Below are positions 44,265-54,361 of a DNA stretch of 64,000 bases, one piece after another (the stretch's first letter is position 1; each line of letters starts with the position of its first letter). The translations under genes and the position numbers were made by a program. Under the pieces are notes generated by a model that worked only from the letters and a program-made list of their open reading frames with translations, was not told the DNA's origin and searched no databases. This stretch comes from Alphaproteobacteria bacterium (lineage in GTDB: Bacteria > Pseudomonadota > Alphaproteobacteria > Rickettsiales > JABCZZ01): positions 455 through 64,454 of the forward strand of contig JAMIFV010000043.1 of assembly GCA_035906055.1 (NCBI GenBank), written 5' to 3'.

Positions 44265-46487
44265 TCAGTCCTTCTTCGCCACCTGCGTGTTCCTGGTATG
44301 CTGCGCCACCAGCAGGGGCACAAGATCGCCCATCTGCCGGTGCACCTGATACGCCGCCATGATGCGCGTAACTTCCATACGCATCATGTTCATGCGGTTG
44401 TTATAAAGCTGCCCGTGCGCGTCCAATAGCTCGAAAATGGAACGGCTGCCGTTCTTGTACTGGTCGGTGAACTCAGCCACCACCTTCTCGCTGGCAGCGA
44501 TGGCATCGCGCATGAGCCCGATACGCTGGTCGGCGGCATGAATGGAATTGTAACTGGCGACCATCGCTTCCTCGAGGCGGGACTTTACGTCCAGCGAACG
44601 CAGGCGCGCTTCCTTGGATTTTTCGATTGCCGTGAGGCCCGAACCAATCTCCATGCCGCCGTTGAGCGTCCAGCGCGCCACCAGCATCAGGCGCTTGTCG
44701 CGCTGGCTGGGATAAACGCCGTCCACCGGGTTGCCGTTGGCCGCGCCGCCTGCATTATAAATATCGGTATCCGAATATTCGAGGCCCAGCTTGGGAACCG
44801 CTTTGGAAAAGGCATTGTTGCGCGTGGAGTCGGCAATATCCACTTTATTGCGGCTGACGATATAATCCGGGTTCTGCCTGATCGCGGCCTGCAGCGCTTC
44901 ATCAAGCGACACGGGCACATCAGGCACGGTGATCGAGATTGCGGCAAGCTGCGCAGGCGTTATCTGTGTAAGACGACGGAATTCCGCGAGACTGGTTTCA
45001 TATTCGCCCTGCGCTTCCGCCTGCGCCGCTTCCGCATTGCTCGCATGCACCTTGATACGTTCAAGATCCCCCACCGTTGCACCGCCCACTTCAACCCTTG
45101 TGGCCATATAGTCCGAAAGCTCATTCAGGCGCGTGCGGTACTGACCGGCGAGGTCATAGGCGATCTTGGACTGCACCAGCCTGAGATAGGCGCTGATGGT
45201 GTCATAGGCGATACCGTCCCGCTCGGCGGCGGCCTGATTCTTGATAAGCGATTCCTTATCAGTGCTATTGAGAATCTCCGCCACCACCTCCAGATCAATC
45301 AATGGCTGGCTCACCGCAAGCATGCGATCGGTTCGGGTATGCTTGTCATTGAGCACGCGGTTGCCGAACACGTCGTTATACGACGCAGGCGCCGACTGCT
45401 CTTTGCCGCGCGAAAACTTTACATCCACAGACGGCAGCATGCGTGAATAGGCCGTCATCTTTTCCAGTTGCGCTGATTTCGTGGTGGAATGGCCTGCCTT
45501 AATCTCAAGATTGTTTTTTAGCGCGAAAGCAACCGCTTCATCCATGCGAATGGGCTCCAGCACACTGGCCGCGCGGGCATACTGCCCTACATTCAGGCTG
45601 ACGATGCCATCGAAATGCTTAAGGAAACTAGTGATGACACTGTATTTAACCGCTGGAATTGAAGTAAAAGGATCATCGGCCAGCGCTATGCCTGGAAGCT
45701 CATGCGCAGGCGGTATTGCAGGTGCCTGCACCTGCTCTGCCACAGGTACAGACGCTACAGCAGACGCGACCGCTGGCGCTGGCTCGCCAGTGGCCTCCCG
45801 CACAGGGGCGAGGGCGGGCTTTTCAGACATAGTCACAGAAGCTGGCGCGGGCGTATCCTGCACCATCGCAAGCGGAGAGCTGGCCGCACCGGCGGACGGA
45901 GCCAGCATCGGCGCGGATATTGTGGCCGGAGCCTGTGCCGCCTGCGCAACCGGCGCGGCAGCGGGAGCAGTGACCGCATGCTGTGAATTCACACGGGGCA
46001 GCACCCTTATGCCGTCCGTCATCTCCGCAGATGCAGGTGTGACCACTGAAGCAGCTTCACTGGCTTCGGCTTGCTGCTGCCACGGCAAAGGCCCGGAAAG
46101 TGCAGCGCCTGCACGCGCAGGCGCGGCAACGGCCTGCCAGGGCAGCGCAGCGGACTGCTGCGCCGGGGACGTAACCGTTTTCTGTTGCTTGAGGGATTCC
46201 ACCGCTTCTTCCAGCGACTGTGCGGCTTCCTGCAGTGATCTGGCGGAGCGCTCCAGCGCCGCCAGCGAATGCGTACTGGTTGCATCCTGCGCCATACCCT
46301 GCGCAAGTGCGTGGCGCGGCGTGGCGGGAGCGGTCAGGGCAAGCGGGCTACTTTCGGCAGCGTGCACAAGGGAAATTTTGCTAACGGCGCAGACTAAACA
46401 AAACGCCAGCACCGGCCAGCAATTTTGCCTCCCAACCCTACCCTGTTTTATATGCATTTTGTTATTGTCCGCGTCCGGTTCGGACAA
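44265..46487 (-). CDS. TolC-family outer membrane protein with ~300-aa low-complexity N-terminal extension
   Basis: 740 aa. Signal-like WPVLAFCLVCAVSKISLVHA, then a long Ala/Pro/Gln/Ser-rich region. From about residue 300 the sequence shows the TolC-type two-repeat pattern (MDEAVAFALKNNLEIKAG...LPSVDV...). The start could be 46457. Confidence 0.85.
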   Translation of the reverse strand: MSEPDADNNKMHIKQGRVGRQNCWPVLAFCLVCAVSKISLVHAAESSPLALTAPATPRHALAQGMAQDATSTHSLAALERSARSLQEAAQSLEEAVESLKQQKTVTSPAQQSAALPWQAVAAPARAGAALSGPLPWQQQAEASEAASVVTPASAEMTDGIRVLPRVNSQHAVTAPAAAPVAQAAQAPATISAPMLAPSAGAASSPLAMVQDTPAPASVTMSEKPALAPVREATGEPAPAVASAVASVPVAEQVQAPAIPPAHELPGIALADDPFTSIPAVKYSVITSFLKHFDGIVSLNVGQYARAASVLEPIRMDEAVAFALKNNLEIKAGHSTTKSAQLEKMTAYSRMLPSVDVKFSRGKEQSAPASYNDVFGNRVLNDKHTRTDRMLAVSQPLIDLEVVAEILNSTDKESLIKNQAAAERDGIAYDTISAYLRLVQSKIAYDLAGQYRTRLNELSDYMATRVEVGGATVGDLERIKVHASNAEAAQAEAQGEYETSLAEFRRLTQITPAQLAAISITVPDVPVSLDEALQAAIRQNPDYIVSRNKVDIADSTRNNAFSKAVPKLGLEYSDTDIYNAGGAANGNPVDGVYPSQRDKRLMLVARWTLNGGMEIGSGLTAIEKSKEARLRSLDVKSRLEEAMVASYNSIHAADQRIGLMRDAIAASEKVVAEFTDQYKNGSRSIFELLDAHGQLYNNRMNMMRMEVTRIMAAYQVHRQMGDLVPLLVAQHTRNTQVAKKD

Positions 46488-46587
46488 AACCTACAAAATT
46501 GTCCGGCAAGTCTCAATCAATATTTAGTGATTGCGGACGTAAATTAATACAACATAGGCTATTTCGAGCGCAAAGCGCAGTTAACGG

Positions 46588-48969
46588 CTATTTCCACCAG
46601 TTTGCGTGGCGGATGACGCCGTCGGGCGAGCGCCTGCCGGAAAGCGCGTCGGTTTCCTCGCGCGAAAGTACGCTGTTTGCCTCCAGCCCCAGAAGCCGTG
46701 CGCCGTGTTGCACGATATGCCCCCACGAGCAGCCGTTCACATAGAGCATGCCTTCCACGTCGAGCGTGCCGCCGTCATTGATAAAACCGAGCGCCTTGAG
46801 TTTTCGCCCCTGCCAGAGGCGCTGCAGCAGCCCCACCATGCCTTCAGGCCGTGTATGGGTAACGAGCAGCAGCGAAGTGATGTGAGCAGGCAGCAACGCG
46901 TCCAGCACTTCGTCAGGCACGCAATGCTCCTTCTCGCCTGCGTTGCGGGCCTCGCGCAGCTTGCCCGGCTCCTGCACATAAATGATGCTATGCGCAACGC
47001 CGTGGCTGGTCAGGCGTAGCGATGCCTTGAGCACTTCCATCAACTGGTGCGTGCCGCAGGCCAGCAGCGCAAGCTTTGCTGATTCCTGTTTATGCCCCGC
47101 CCAGGTGAGGCGCAATGCGCCCTGCTTCCAGAGCTGTACGCATTCTTCTTCGCTGAACATTACCGGTGCGGGCACTTTTGCCATGACCATCGTCCATAGC
47201 TGTCCCTGCGTCTGATACGCCTCGCGCATGAGATAGGCGGCGCTGTTATATTCCGCCGGGAAGAACACGCGGCTGATATCGGCGCTTTCCGACATCATGC
47301 ATTCCGCCATCGAAGGGTCCTGATGCGAAAGCTCATTCTTGCCGTTCTCCCATGTATTGGAGGTCAGCACCAGCGGCACGGAAAGCCAGCCCGGCGGCTT
47401 GCCCGCCTCTTTCTGGTGGCGGGAGAAGATCACCTCCTGCCTTGCGATGCCGTGCATCTTTTCACCGAACGCCTCATAGGTAACGATAAGGTTGATGCCG
47501 CCCTTATTGCCCAACGCGGCGGCGGCCACGGCTTCTTCATTGAGCGCGGTGATCACCGCACCCATGCGCGATTCCGTATTGCCGTCCTCCGGGTCGGTCA
47601 CGCGGAAGTCGGCGAATTTCAGCGTATCATCCATGCGGTTGGAAAGCATTTCGTCCGGGTTGCCCACACGCGCGCGCAAGTGCGGGTTAAGCATCACCGT
47701 ATCACGGTACATGCGGTCGATGGCGTCCATGGGGCTATGTTTGGAGTCGCGGAACGGATTGGCGCGGTTATTTGCCACCTTCAAAAGCGCGAGGCTCGGG
47801 ATGGTTTCCAGATTAACCTTGCGGCTGGCGATGGGATTATCACGCTCCGGCACCCTGCCCGTTTGCTCGTGATTGCGAAGCGCAGCAGCCGCTTCCTGCA
47901 ATTCGTCCTGCGGCACGAATAATTTATGCACATGCCAGTTGAACAGCTTTTGCGCTTTGGCGTTCTTTGACGGATTTTCCACCAGCGGCAGGTTATGCGC
48001 AGGGTTCTTGCCTGCATTATAAAAACCCGCACCTTTGGGCGCCACGGCGATGATGTAGGGCATGCGCACCATGGACGACGCTTTTTCGGCGTTTCGCTGA
48101 AGTGCCTTTTCCGCCTCGATGATCGCCCATGCGAATGCCAGCGGGTCGCGCCCGTCGATGATGACGGGATCAAAATTATGCAGCTTCAGGTAACGCGCAA
48201 ACCAGCGTGCGCCGCCCTGCTGCGCCATAGTCGTGCGCTGGTCGATGCGCCTGCCATTGGCGATCATCACCGGCACTACCAGCCCGCTATCCTTGGCGCG
48301 CCACCAGCGCGGCGCCCAGTCCGTACCCTTCTGTTCTTCCCATGCGCCATCACTGAGGAACGCCACAAGACGCTCACCCGGCAGCGGCACATGCACATAT
48401 TGCAGGCCCGCAAAACCCAGATACCCGCCTTCCATCACGCCGCCCGCCGTATGGGCGTTGACGTGGCTGCCAAGCGGCGATTCCGGTAAGCCCTCCTTGG
48501 TGAGCGCATAGGAATAAAAGTCGCGTGAAAAGCGCGTAAGGCCTTCGTCGCTGACATTGTAACGCGCAACATGCACATCGGTGGCATTGCCCACCAGCAG
48601 GTTGGCGCTGTCGATACCCGATACCGCATGCCCCTGCTCCATGAGCCAGCCGCGCGTGAATCCCGTTATGGCATTGGCCAGCAGGTAGCCCACATAGGCG
48701 GGCACCATATTGAGCGAACCGCCCAGATGCCCTTGCGGGTCGGGTTTGAAATCTTCCGCGTCAAGCGGCCTGCCGTCTAGGAAAATATTGCGTGCATACA
48801 CCTGATGCACTGCCAGCCACATGGCTGCGTTAGCCAGTTTATCCGCTGCTATACATAACGGCGCAGCTTGCGGGTATTGTTCCAGTAACGCCGTTATTCT
48901 TTGCTGGGTCTGGGGAGTGTGGCGGATAACGCCATATCCTTTGCGCCAGTCATTGATGTTTTTTGGCAT
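46588..48969 (-). CDS. phosphoketolase-family protein (divergent)
   Basis: 793 aa, which is the XFP length. GHLGGSLNMVPAYVGYL parallels GHWGTTPGLNFIY. MEGGYLGF parallels EGGELGY. PGERLVAFLSDGAWEE parallels NPDLIVACVVGDGEAE. Confidence 0.7.
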   Translation of the reverse strand: MPKNINDWRKGYGVIRHTPQTQQRITALLEQYPQAAPLCIAADKLANAAMWLAVHQVYARNIFLDGRPLDAEDFKPDPQGHLGGSLNMVPAYVGYLLANAITGFTRGWLMEQGHAVSGIDSANLLVGNATDVHVARYNVSDEGLTRFSRDFYSYALTKEGLPESPLGSHVNAHTAGGVMEGGYLGFAGLQYVHVPLPGERLVAFLSDGAWEEQKGTDWAPRWWRAKDSGLVVPVMIANGRRIDQRTTMAQQGGARWFARYLKLHNFDPVIIDGRDPLAFAWAIIEAEKALQRNAEKASSMVRMPYIIAVAPKGAGFYNAGKNPAHNLPLVENPSKNAKAQKLFNWHVHKLFVPQDELQEAAAALRNHEQTGRVPERDNPIASRKVNLETIPSLALLKVANNRANPFRDSKHSPMDAIDRMYRDTVMLNPHLRARVGNPDEMLSNRMDDTLKFADFRVTDPEDGNTESRMGAVITALNEEAVAAAALGNKGGINLIVTYEAFGEKMHGIARQEVIFSRHQKEAGKPPGWLSVPLVLTSNTWENGKNELSHQDPSMAECMMSESADISRVFFPAEYNSAAYLMREAYQTQGQLWTMVMAKVPAPVMFSEEECVQLWKQGALRLTWAGHKQESAKLALLACGTHQLMEVLKASLRLTSHGVAHSIIYVQEPGKLREARNAGEKEHCVPDEVLDALLPAHITSLLLVTHTRPEGMVGLLQRLWQGRKLKALGFINDGGTLDVEGMLYVNGCSWGHIVQHGARLLGLEANSVLSREETDALSGRRSPDGVIRHANWWK

Positions 48970-49168
48970 GTAATCGTATTATAGCATATTTTGCGAAAAT
49001 TCCCACGAAGAATAATGCAGTTATCCGCAAGCCGCCGCATAAGCGGTTCTAATAATTCAAGACTTGTCGCGCGTCTTGAATTCAGGCTATGTAATCGCCA
49101 TATTATGGCGTGTAAACAAACAATCCCGCCGCAAGCGGCGGGGTATTAAGGTAAGGGGGATGAAGAAC

Positions 49169-50092
49169 ATGAACTACATGAAGACCGCTATACTGCTTGC
49201 TGCCATGACTGCACTATTCTGCGGCGTGGGTTTCATGCTGGGCGGCCAGCAGGGCATGATGACGGCGTTTGTCATTGCACTGGGCATGAACTTCTTCTCC
49301 TGGTGGTTCTCCGATAAAATGGTGCTGCGCATGTACGGCGCGAAGGAAGTGAACTCCGGCGATGTATACGCCATAACCGCCGAGCTGGCACAGAATGCAC
49401 AGCTTCCCATGCCAAAGGTCTATGTGATCGACTCCGCCCAGCCCAACGCATTCGCCACGGGCCGCAGCCCCACCAGTGGCGCGGTGGCAGTGACGCGCGG
49501 CATCACTGAGATACTCAGCAGGCGTGAACTGCGCGGCGTCATCGCGCATGAGCTTGCACACATCAAAAACCGCGACACGCTGACCATGACCATCACCGCC
49601 ACCATTGCCGGTGCGCTGGGCATGCTGACCAATTTCTTCATGTTCTTTGGCCGTGGAAACCGCGACCGACCCGTCAACCCGCTGGTAGGCATGATGGTGA
49701 TGATACTCGCCCCGCTCGCCGCATCGCTGGTGCAGTTCGCCATTTCACGCACACGTGAATATGCCGCCGACCATAGCGGCGCGGAAATCAGCAACGACCC
49801 CGAAGCGCTGGCATCGGCGCTGGAAAAAATCCAGCACGGCGCACAACGCGTGGATAACCACATCGCCGAGCAGAACCCGGCCACGGCGCATATGTTCATC
49901 ATCAATCCGCTGCATATGCGGGCGATGGACAACCTGTTCTCCACCCACCCCAGCACCGTCAACCGCGTGAACCGCCTGCGCCAGATGAGCCCCGGCGGCG
50001 GCATGAGCACCTCTTCACGGCAGGAAGGCCCCTGGGGCGGCGGCCCTGCGCCAAAACAAGGCCCATGGGACAGGGTTGCCTGCCCCCCCTGA
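49169..50092 (+). CDS. htpX: zinc metalloprotease HtpX
   Basis: [17 protein letters not shown]..., HExxH as [12 protein letters not shown], and C-terminal [10 protein letters not shown]. Start chosen 8 nt after GGGGGA. The track ORF begins upstream at 49064. Confidence 0.92.
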   Translation: MNYMKTAILLAAMTALFCGVGFMLGGQQGMMTAFVIALGMNFFSWWFSDKMVLRMYGAKEVNSGDVYAITAELAQNAQLPMPKVYVIDSAQPNAFATGRSPTSGAVAVTRGITEILSRRELRGVIAHELAHIKNRDTLTMTITATIAGALGMLTNFFMFFGRGNRDRPVNPLVGMMVMILAPLAASLVQFAISRTREYAADHSGAEISNDPEALASALEKIQHGAQRVDNHIAEQNPATAHMFIINPLHMRAMDNLFSTHPSTVNRVNRLRQMSPGGGMSTSSRQEGPWGGGPAPKQGPWDRVACPP

Positions 50093-50110
50093 TTCCGTTA
50101 CGTTTATGGC

Positions 50111-50986
50111 ATGAGCAAAATCACCGATACACTACCGCCTTCCCCGGTCTCGCCCCTGCCGCCCAACAACCGCGTGATGCATATCGGCGGCGTACAGTAT
50201 CTCGTTAATGCGCGCCATGGCGGCTTCCTTGCCAGCCAGAATGACTTTTTCATCGGAAACGCGCTTATCAAATACGGTGAATACGGCGAGAATGAACTGC
50301 ATCTTTTCCAGCAATTGCTGACACCTGAACAGGTGGTGGTTGAGGTCGGCGCCAATATCGGCGCGTTCACCGTGCCGCTGGCGAAGCGCGTAGGCGCAAA
50401 GGGGCGCATCATCGCCATTGAACCGCAGCGCATCATCCACCAGTATCTGTGCGCCAACGTTTCGCTAAACGGCCTGCCCAACGTGGAAACCCATCATGCA
50501 GGCTGTGGCGCGCGCAACGGCTCCATGATCGTGCCGCCCGTGCCTTATTTCGCGCCGGGGCAGGGAAATTTCGGTCGTGTGGCGCTCGGCGTTCAGGGCG
50601 AAGGCGAACCGGTAAGCATCCGCACGGTGGACGACATCGTCGGCGAGCGCACGGTGCATATGCTCAAAGTCACTGTGGAAGGCATGGAAGCCGAGGTGCT
50701 GCGCGGGGCAAAGCGCATGCTGCGCAAACACCGCCCGCTGGTTCATGTGGAAAACGACCGCCCCGAAAAAAGCGAAGCCCTGATCAGCCTGCTGTTCCAG
50801 TATGGCTACCGCTGCTTCTGGCACATGACGAATCTTTTCAACCCGATGAACTTTTTTGAGCAGAAAACGAATATCTACGGCAACACCCCGTTGCTCAGCA
50901 TGCTATGCATTCCGGTGGAATCCAACATGGATATGCGTCACTTCAGGGAAGCGGCCGACGCAAAGTCCCATCCCCTGCGCCGCTGA
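50111..50986 (+). CDS. FkbM-family methyltransferase
   Basis: 291 aa; VVVEVGANIGAFTVPLAKRVGAKGRIIAIEP.....L..N...N.L.NV pattern. Confidence 0.8.
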   Translation: MSKITDTLPPSPVSPLPPNNRVMHIGGVQYLVNARHGGFLASQNDFFIGNALIKYGEYGENELHLFQQLLTPEQVVVEVGANIGAFTVPLAKRVGAKGRIIAIEPQRIIHQYLCANVSLNGLPNVETHHAGCGARNGSMIVPPVPYFAPGQGNFGRVALGVQGEGEPVSIRTVDDIVGERTVHMLKVTVEGMEAEVLRGAKRMLRKHRPLVHVENDRPEKSEALISLLFQYGYRCFWHMTNLFNPMNFFEQKTNIYGNTPLLSMLCIPVESNMDMRHFREAADAKSHPLRR

Positions 50987-50997
50987 TACAGCTATCT

Positions 50998-52089
50998 TCA
51001 CTTACGACCTTTTTTCAAGGAAAACGGCCTCTCCACGCATACATACAGCGCTATCGCCGGTAGCAGCGTTACGGCAAACATTATTGCCATCAGCACCAAG
51101 TGGCTGGTTATATTCAGTTCATACAGGTGCAATTTTGCAAAGATCAGGAAAGCGGCCTTTAGCGTAAGGCCATGTATCAGGTAGTAAGAGTAGCTCATGT
51201 TCCCCAGCCAGCGTAGCGGTGTCCAGATAAACACGGCGGAGAGAAGAGAATCAGCTTTTATGAAACAGTGATAGCATACCTCGTAGAAGGCCCAGAAAAG
51301 CAGCACTGCCCTGAATACATCTCCCGCTTTTCCATCCACTGGCAATACCGGCACGACAAAACTAAAGGCAATAGCGATATACCCAAAGACCGCCCTGCGA
51401 TTGCTCACAAGGGAATTATCGATAGTTTCAAACAATATAATACCCGCGACGAACATTATTAACCGGATATGCCCGCCGCAAATCGTACAATAGCCTGCAT
51501 ATAAGGCGGTCAGCGACATAAAGAATGCCACGCGCCATCGCGGGCTCTTTTTTCGAAGCTGGAATGACGCTATTAGTATTGGAATAAGCAGATAAAAGAA
51601 GATTTCATAGCTCAGCGTCCAGGCGACCGTGATGATCGGCGTTATGGGAAATATGCCCGGAAGAAGCAGGAAGTTCTCCAGCAGGTATATTGCGCCGCCC
51701 AGCGGGTCGGAAGGAATTTTATTTTCCCTGGGGAACACCATGCTCAGAACAATATACATCAGGAACACTACGGTAAACGCCGGATAAATTCTCTGCACCC
51801 TGCGCATCATAAAGCCCAGAAACGGCTGTTCTCTCTTTATGAGAGAACCGTATATAAGATAGCCGCTCAATACGAAGAACAAATCGACACCGATATTGCC
51901 TGCAATATGCAGGTAGTCATTCAGCATGCCTGCCGTTGGGGTGATATATGGCTGAACCAGCGACGCGTAATGCACAAGAAACACAAGGAAAACAGCATAT
52001 CCACGCAAGCCTTCCATGCGGCGCAGATTCTGGCTTCCTCCTCTGGACAACTCAAAATAGTTACTGGCGCGCGCGTACAATGCCCTCAC
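50998..52089 (-). CDS. acyltransferase family 3 (O-acyltransferase, ExoZ/ExoH-like)
   Basis: 363 aa polytopic membrane protein; LRGYAVFLVFLVH...GVDLFFVLSGYLI motif. Confidence 0.85.
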   Translation of the reverse strand: MRALYARASNYFELSRGGSQNLRRMEGLRGYAVFLVFLVHYASLVQPYITPTAGMLNDYLHIAGNIGVDLFFVLSGYLIYGSLIKREQPFLGFMMRRVQRIYPAFTVVFLMYIVLSMVFPRENKIPSDPLGGAIYLLENFLLLPGIFPITPIITVAWTLSYEIFFYLLIPILIASFQLRKKSPRWRVAFFMSLTALYAGYCTICGGHIRLIMFVAGIILFETIDNSLVSNRRAVFGYIAIAFSFVVPVLPVDGKAGDVFRAVLLFWAFYEVCYHCFIKADSLLSAVFIWTPLRWLGNMSYSYYLIHGLTLKAAFLIFAKLHLYELNITSHLVLMAIMFAVTLLPAIALYVCVERPFSLKKGRK

Positions 52090-52261
52090 AGGTCATGACT
52101 CCTCTGATTAATAAATAGCCTGCACGTGCGGGGAACTGCCGCACACGGGTTGACGATAGCTTCACACTGGTCGCGGGAAGCTTTACTGGTTAGGCTCAGA
52201 GCTCCTCCCATCAGGGAGAGGGGAATTTGTGTGTCCTGAGCCTAGTTAGCCCGGCTTGTCG

Positions 52262-53281
52262 TTATCTGGCTTTATGACTGCCAGTGTTGTGGTGGTATAA
52301 ATTAGAAATGACCTGCGCGTAGGCGGGGCGTTGCCACACACGGATCGAGGAGACTTTCATGGTCGCAGGAAGTTTAGTTGATTCATCCGGAGCGCCGCCC
52401 CAGCCTTCGGGTTTTCCGACTGATACATTAGCGATGATATAAAATGGCTTATGCATGTCTTGCGGGGTCGGGTACTTATGGATGAGTTTGCGGTCCAGAT
52501 ACCAGCAGATATATTCCGGGCCCCAGTCCACCGCGTACTCATGAAAGTCTGCGCTCAGGTCAATACCGGCGTCAACCTTGTTATGAATCGCGGTCTTCTT
52601 CCTGGGAATATTCGTGTGCAGGTTGGTATACAAGACCGTGGTATCTTCGCCCAGCACTTCAAAAATATCGATTTCAGGCGGCCAGGTTTTATCCGCAGGA
52701 ATCAACCAGAACGCTGGCCAGACCCCCTTGCCTTTGGGAATCTTTGCAGTAATGGAGAATATTCCGTACTGCTGCGAATAGGGAAAACTGGAAATCGATG
52801 ACCCCATATACCCGGTCGGGTCTTCCGGGCCGACGGTTCTGGCCAGTTCCGCAGGCATCTTCTTGACGGAAAAATCCAGCGTGCCCGACCAGGTTAACGG
52901 GGAAAGCTCATTACCCATTTTTTTTATCATGTCGCCATTAGGGTCGGCGTTAGCAGTGGTATTTGACGTCCATGCCGGAAAATAATCCTTGGGAAGCGGC
53001 CACACTTTAGCAGCGCCTCTGGGAGCATGGTTCCAGATATACCCCGCAGCCCAGGAAAACGAGGCATCCGTAAATGGCCTTGCACCGACATCAGTCTGAG
53101 TGCCGCCGGGGCGCCAGACAGGCTGGCTGCTGAAGTTTTCGGCCAGCGTCTGCGTGGCCCCTTCCAGCGACAGCGCATTTTTATCCGACGGCAGAGCGGA
53201 AGAAGGGTTCAGCGCCGCAATCACTAAAAAGCACATGGCGCAGCCGACTGAACTTCTTCTGAGCAATGCCTTTATGCTCAT
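52262..53281 (-). CDS. glycoside hydrolase family 16 (beta-glucanase, ExoK-like), secreted
   Basis: Catalytic motif WPPEIDIFEVLG (ExDxxE) preceded by GVWPAFWL. Signal peptide MSIKALLRRSSVGCAMCFLVIAAL. Start set at 53281, giving an ATGA overlap with the upstream gene. Confidence 0.85.
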   Translation of the reverse strand: MSIKALLRRSSVGCAMCFLVIAALNPSSALPSDKNALSLEGATQTLAENFSSQPVWRPGGTQTDVGARPFTDASFSWAAGYIWNHAPRGAAKVWPLPKDYFPAWTSNTTANADPNGDMIKKMGNELSPLTWSGTLDFSVKKMPAELARTVGPEDPTGYMGSSISSFPYSQQYGIFSITAKIPKGKGVWPAFWLIPADKTWPPEIDIFEVLGEDTTVLYTNLHTNIPRKKTAIHNKVDAGIDLSADFHEYAVDWGPEYICWYLDRKLIHKYPTPQDMHKPFYIIANVSVGKPEGWGGAPDESTKLPATMKVSSIRVWQRPAYAQVISNLYHHNTGSHKAR

Positions 53282-54237
53282 GAAAATCTTCCCTCTGTTT
53301 CCGATGCCCACCTGCCTAACGCGACTTCCAGATTCCTGTTCTGGAACGACGCATTGGCCAGCAACCAGTTGGGATGGATATTGGTAGACCTGACAAGCTT
53401 GGTAACCCTGTCAGGATGAATGCCCAGATTAAACACGGAGAACGGCTTCAATAAGTACGCCAGCAGCATCAGCATGAACCTGGGCAGGGTATATTCCTTC
53501 GCATCGGGGAAATAGCTCCGCTTAACGGCTTTTACTATGGACTCCGTGGTATATCTTTCGGGGTAGCAGCCGTTAAATGTAATGCTGCCCCTGTGCTTGT
53601 CTTCCGCAACGAAAATAAAATCTATAAGGTCCTCGACAAAAATGCAGCTTTTGATCGTATCTTTTCTTCCGGGGTAAACAAACAGCCCCTTCTTGAGCAT
53701 GGCTATGAGCCTTGTAAAATTACCGTTCTCGTTAGGGCCAAACACGACTGCAGGCCTTACAATGACCAGTTCATTGTCCGCTGCGCTTTCCTGCCAGCGC
53801 CTGAAAATATTTTCCGACAGGTATTTCGACCAGCCGTATGCGGTCTGCGGAGTGGGCGCGGTCAATTCGGATTTCAGGTCCTCACCCGGCCCGTAAACCG
53901 ATATTGAACTTGTAAAGATGACGCTCTTGACCTTGTTCTTATTGGCGAAACTCACAACCTCAGTGGCACCGCCGATATTGGTTTCATAATACTGGTAATC
54001 GGGATGACCCGGCGTGGTATGAACCGCAGCGAGATGATAGATCTTTTCAATCTCCCCCTCGACCGCAAAACCGGATAAATTGCGTACGTCCCACGTTATG
54101 TAGGTCACGCCCGGCAGTTTGTTTGCCGCCTCCCTGATATCGACTGATATGACATCAAAAGCAGCCGAATCGACCAAACGTTTAATAAGGCGGGTTCCAA
54201 TAAAACCACTGCCACCAAATACAATTACTTTTTTCAC
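53278..54237 (-). CDS. NAD-dependent epimerase/dehydratase family protein
   Basis: 319 aa; MKKVIVFGGSGFIGTRL Rossmann motif and YGWSK (YxxxK). Confidence 0.88.
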   Translation of the reverse strand: MKKVIVFGGSGFIGTRLIKRLVDSAAFDVISVDIREAANKLPGVTYITWDVRNLSGFAVEGEIEKIYHLAAVHTTPGHPDYQYYETNIGGATEVVSFANKNKVKSVIFTSSISVYGPGEDLKSELTAPTPQTAYGWSKYLSENIFRRWQESAADNELVIVRPAVVFGPNENGNFTRLIAMLKKGLFVYPGRKDTIKSCIFVEDLIDFIFVAEDKHRGSITFNGCYPERYTTESIVKAVKRSYFPDAKEYTLPRFMLMLLAYLLKPFSVFNLGIHPDRVTKLVRSTNIHPNWLLANASFQNRNLEVALGRWASETEGRFS

Positions 54238-54361
54238 AACTGACCTAAATAAAAAAATTATAATAAATAATCGCAGGCGATGAACGCAAAGATCGCCTGA
54301 CTTTAAATCAATTAGGCTTCTTACCTTACATAATTTCTAAAATTATGTAACATGCTTTTTC

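Noticed and set aside
34629-46587. Integrative element or prophage at the tRNA-Arg gene.
   Set aside because: No integrase, excisionase, phage or conjugation genes are present, and no tRNA-derived direct repeat was found by eye. Only the tRNA adjacency is reported, at low interest.
52090-52261. Inverted repeat TAGGCTCAG...CTGAGCCTA and a GTGCGG..CCGCAC stem between the GH16 and acyltransferase genes, considered as a mobile-element end.
   Set aside because: It is a single copy and lies directly downstream of the GH16 stop on the coding strand. This is most simply an intercistronic terminator or attenuator. No matching second end was seen.
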